The notes under the pieces are model-generated. The model was not told the origin of the DNA. It did not search any database and saw only the letters and a list, made by a program, of their open reading frames with translations. From contig OZ253553.1 of assembly GCA_965262715.1 (NCBI GenBank), forward strand, positions 2,048,001-2,112,000: a stretch of DNA of 64,000 nucleotides. Direction: 5' to 3'. The DNA comes from Bdellovibrionales bacterium. GTDB taxonomy: Bacteria; Bdellovibrionota; Bdellovibrionia; Bdellovibrionales; JAUICD01. Within the stretch, counting starts at the first letter, position 1, and the number at the start of each line of letters is the position of its first letter. Below, in pieces: positions 62,657 to 64,000 of this stretch. The translations under genes and the position numbers were made by a program.

Positions 62657-62698
62657 CCACTAAAATGCATCTCGCCTCTCGTGGTGAGCCTCTGCCCA
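62657..62698 (-). repeat. Family A 3' fragment
   Basis: CACTAAAATGCATCTCGCCTCT matches the 3' ends of the minus-strand copies at 8283 and 26955. Confidence 0.65.
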
Positions 62699-62796
62699 TT
62701 CTTATTATTAGCTTTTATCATTACTTATTTCTTTTGAATCTATATATAATGCTTGCGAATGGCCTTGTTGCACAAGCAGCAAGCTTAATGTGCTAA

Positions 62797-62966
62797 GAGA
62801 TTTGTAACAGGCTTCTGAAGTAAGCTGTGGCGAGCCACCTCAGGCCAGAGCATTATGAGGTAAATATTCTAAAAGAATTTTTATTCTATAATGATCTGTA
62901 ACCATAACAGAAGTTCATTGCTCGGAGGCCCTCTGCTGCTTATCGAAGAAGCCTGTTACAAATCTC
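62797..62966 (+). repeat. Family C palindromic element
   Basis: Perfect 20-bp TIR GAGATTTGTAACAGGCTTCT / AGAAGCCTGTTACAAATCTC. Confidence 0.9.
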
Positions 62967-63109
62967 ATCCTAAATCTTTATGCAACAAAACCCTTGCGAA
63001 TTGAAAAATCGAACTCGAATGGTCATGCCGGATCCTGGAATAAAGAGAATTTAAGTTGTCATAAACTTATTCTTATATATTGAAAAACCACTAAGCAAGT
63101 AAGCGTCTG

Positions 63110-64000
63110 CTATTCTTCTTTAATAATGGCCCGAAAACCAAACTCAGAAGCCTCTGTAAGTAAAAAATGTTTGATATAAGCAGTGACATTTATCCAAACT
63201 CTTCTATCATTAAAAGCATAAATATTAGGTACATCAAATTGCAATACCCTTCTTGTTCTGAAATCAGTATTTGCTTGAAGCCTTGATGCAAAATCTATTT
63301 CATGAGAAAGCTCTACAACATCTCCCACCTGAACAGATCTACTTCCACCTAATGCAACATTTATTGCAAGTATAGAACTCGTATCATTCATCCTTACAGC
63401 TGTTGCTCTTGCTAAAGTCAGACTTCTAACATCACTACTACAAGCATTGTAATCTCCTCTAGAGTAAACATAAAAAACATCAGCCTCCTGAATATGATCA
63501 GATCGACCCACAGGAACTAAAATTCTATCACCTTGTATAGCACTTACATGACTTACTGGCCGCCGCGGCCTGAAGTCATCTCCTAAAGGCTCTTCTAAAA
63601 TATTTCTAAGCTTGTTATAACCATCTCTTACCACCTCTTGAACTACATATGATGTAATTCTTCCAGAAGGGTATTCAGCAAACCTAAATCCAAATCGAAC
63701 ATTTGAATTGTCAAATAAAGCTCCAAGATCTGCTTGAAGATTTCTAGTGGCATACGGCAAATGAACTTCATATTCCATGGGCACTGATCGAATATAACCT
63801 CTTAGGTTTTCTGTCACCTCTACTCGTCTTACCTTACCAATACCTATAGCTTGACGTACTCTTTCTGGACTTTCAGGTCGTCGCACACCAAACAATAACT
63901 CCAATCTTGTAATATCACCTCCTGGAATATCTATTTGATATCCTTCAACAAGGTCCCATAGGTTGCGAATTTGATGATCGAGAGGACGTACATCTGCAAT
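63110..64000 (-). CDS. Secreted protein, paralog 3; 5' end beyond the window
   Basis: The frame stays open to 64000 (IADVRPLDHQIRNL...); GDRILVPVGRSDHIQEADVFYVY. Confidence 0.78.
   Translation of the reverse strand: MADVRPLDHQIRNLWDLVEGYQIDIPGGDITRLELLFGVRRPESPERVRQAIGIGKVRRVEVTENLRGYIRSVPMEYEVHLPYATRNLQADLGALFDNSNVRFGFRFAEYPSGRITSYVVQEVVRDGYNKLRNILEEPLGDDFRPRRPVSHVSAIQGDRILVPVGRSDHIQEADVFYVYSRGDYNACSSDVRSLTLARATAVRMNDTSSILAINVALGGSRSVQVGDVVELSHEIDFASRLQANTDFRTRRVLQFDVPNIYAFNDRRVWINVTAYIKHFLLTEASEFGFRAIIKEE

Overview
AT-rich bacterial chromosome segment, probably from a Bdellovibrionota-like organism. That assignment is an inference from the type IVa pilin, vWA lipoprotein, many orphan secreted proteins and sigma28-type promoters. 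Housekeeping genes: tRNA-Ala(GGC), citrate synthase, nadE, dnaE, guaA, probable 6S RNA with 5-formyl-THF cyclo-ligase, tyrS, clpP-clpX-lon, heme O synthase and a TolC/RND pump. Accessory DNA: the edge of an island at the tRNA (type III R-M Mod, HTH regulator, truncated serine recombinase), IS481, an NYN nuclease, an AbiE TA pair, truncated RhuM, an Rpn nuclease disrupted by IS1634 with a 294-bp target duplication, a DUF4160/DUF2442 pair, several frameshifted genes and a three-gene paralog array. The most striking signal is non-coding: four families of dispersed repeats fill the intergenic space. Family A is a ~150-bp multi-hairpin element (about 17 near-complete and 9 partial copies) with compensatory changes in its stems and a strand-specific GNRA-loop bias. 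It forms tandem arrays, and near-identical copies bracket the AbiE module and the whole defence island. Family B (~90 bp) shares a junction motif with A. Family C (~155-170 bp, 20-bp terminal inverted repeats) has its core in opposite orientations relative to its flanks in two copies. Family D is a set of GGCA-N4 octamer arrays that also enter the 5' ends of genes. A pair of inverted 11-6-11 sites upstream of the pilin looks like a recombinase switch. All calls come from reading the sequence by eye; no searches were run.
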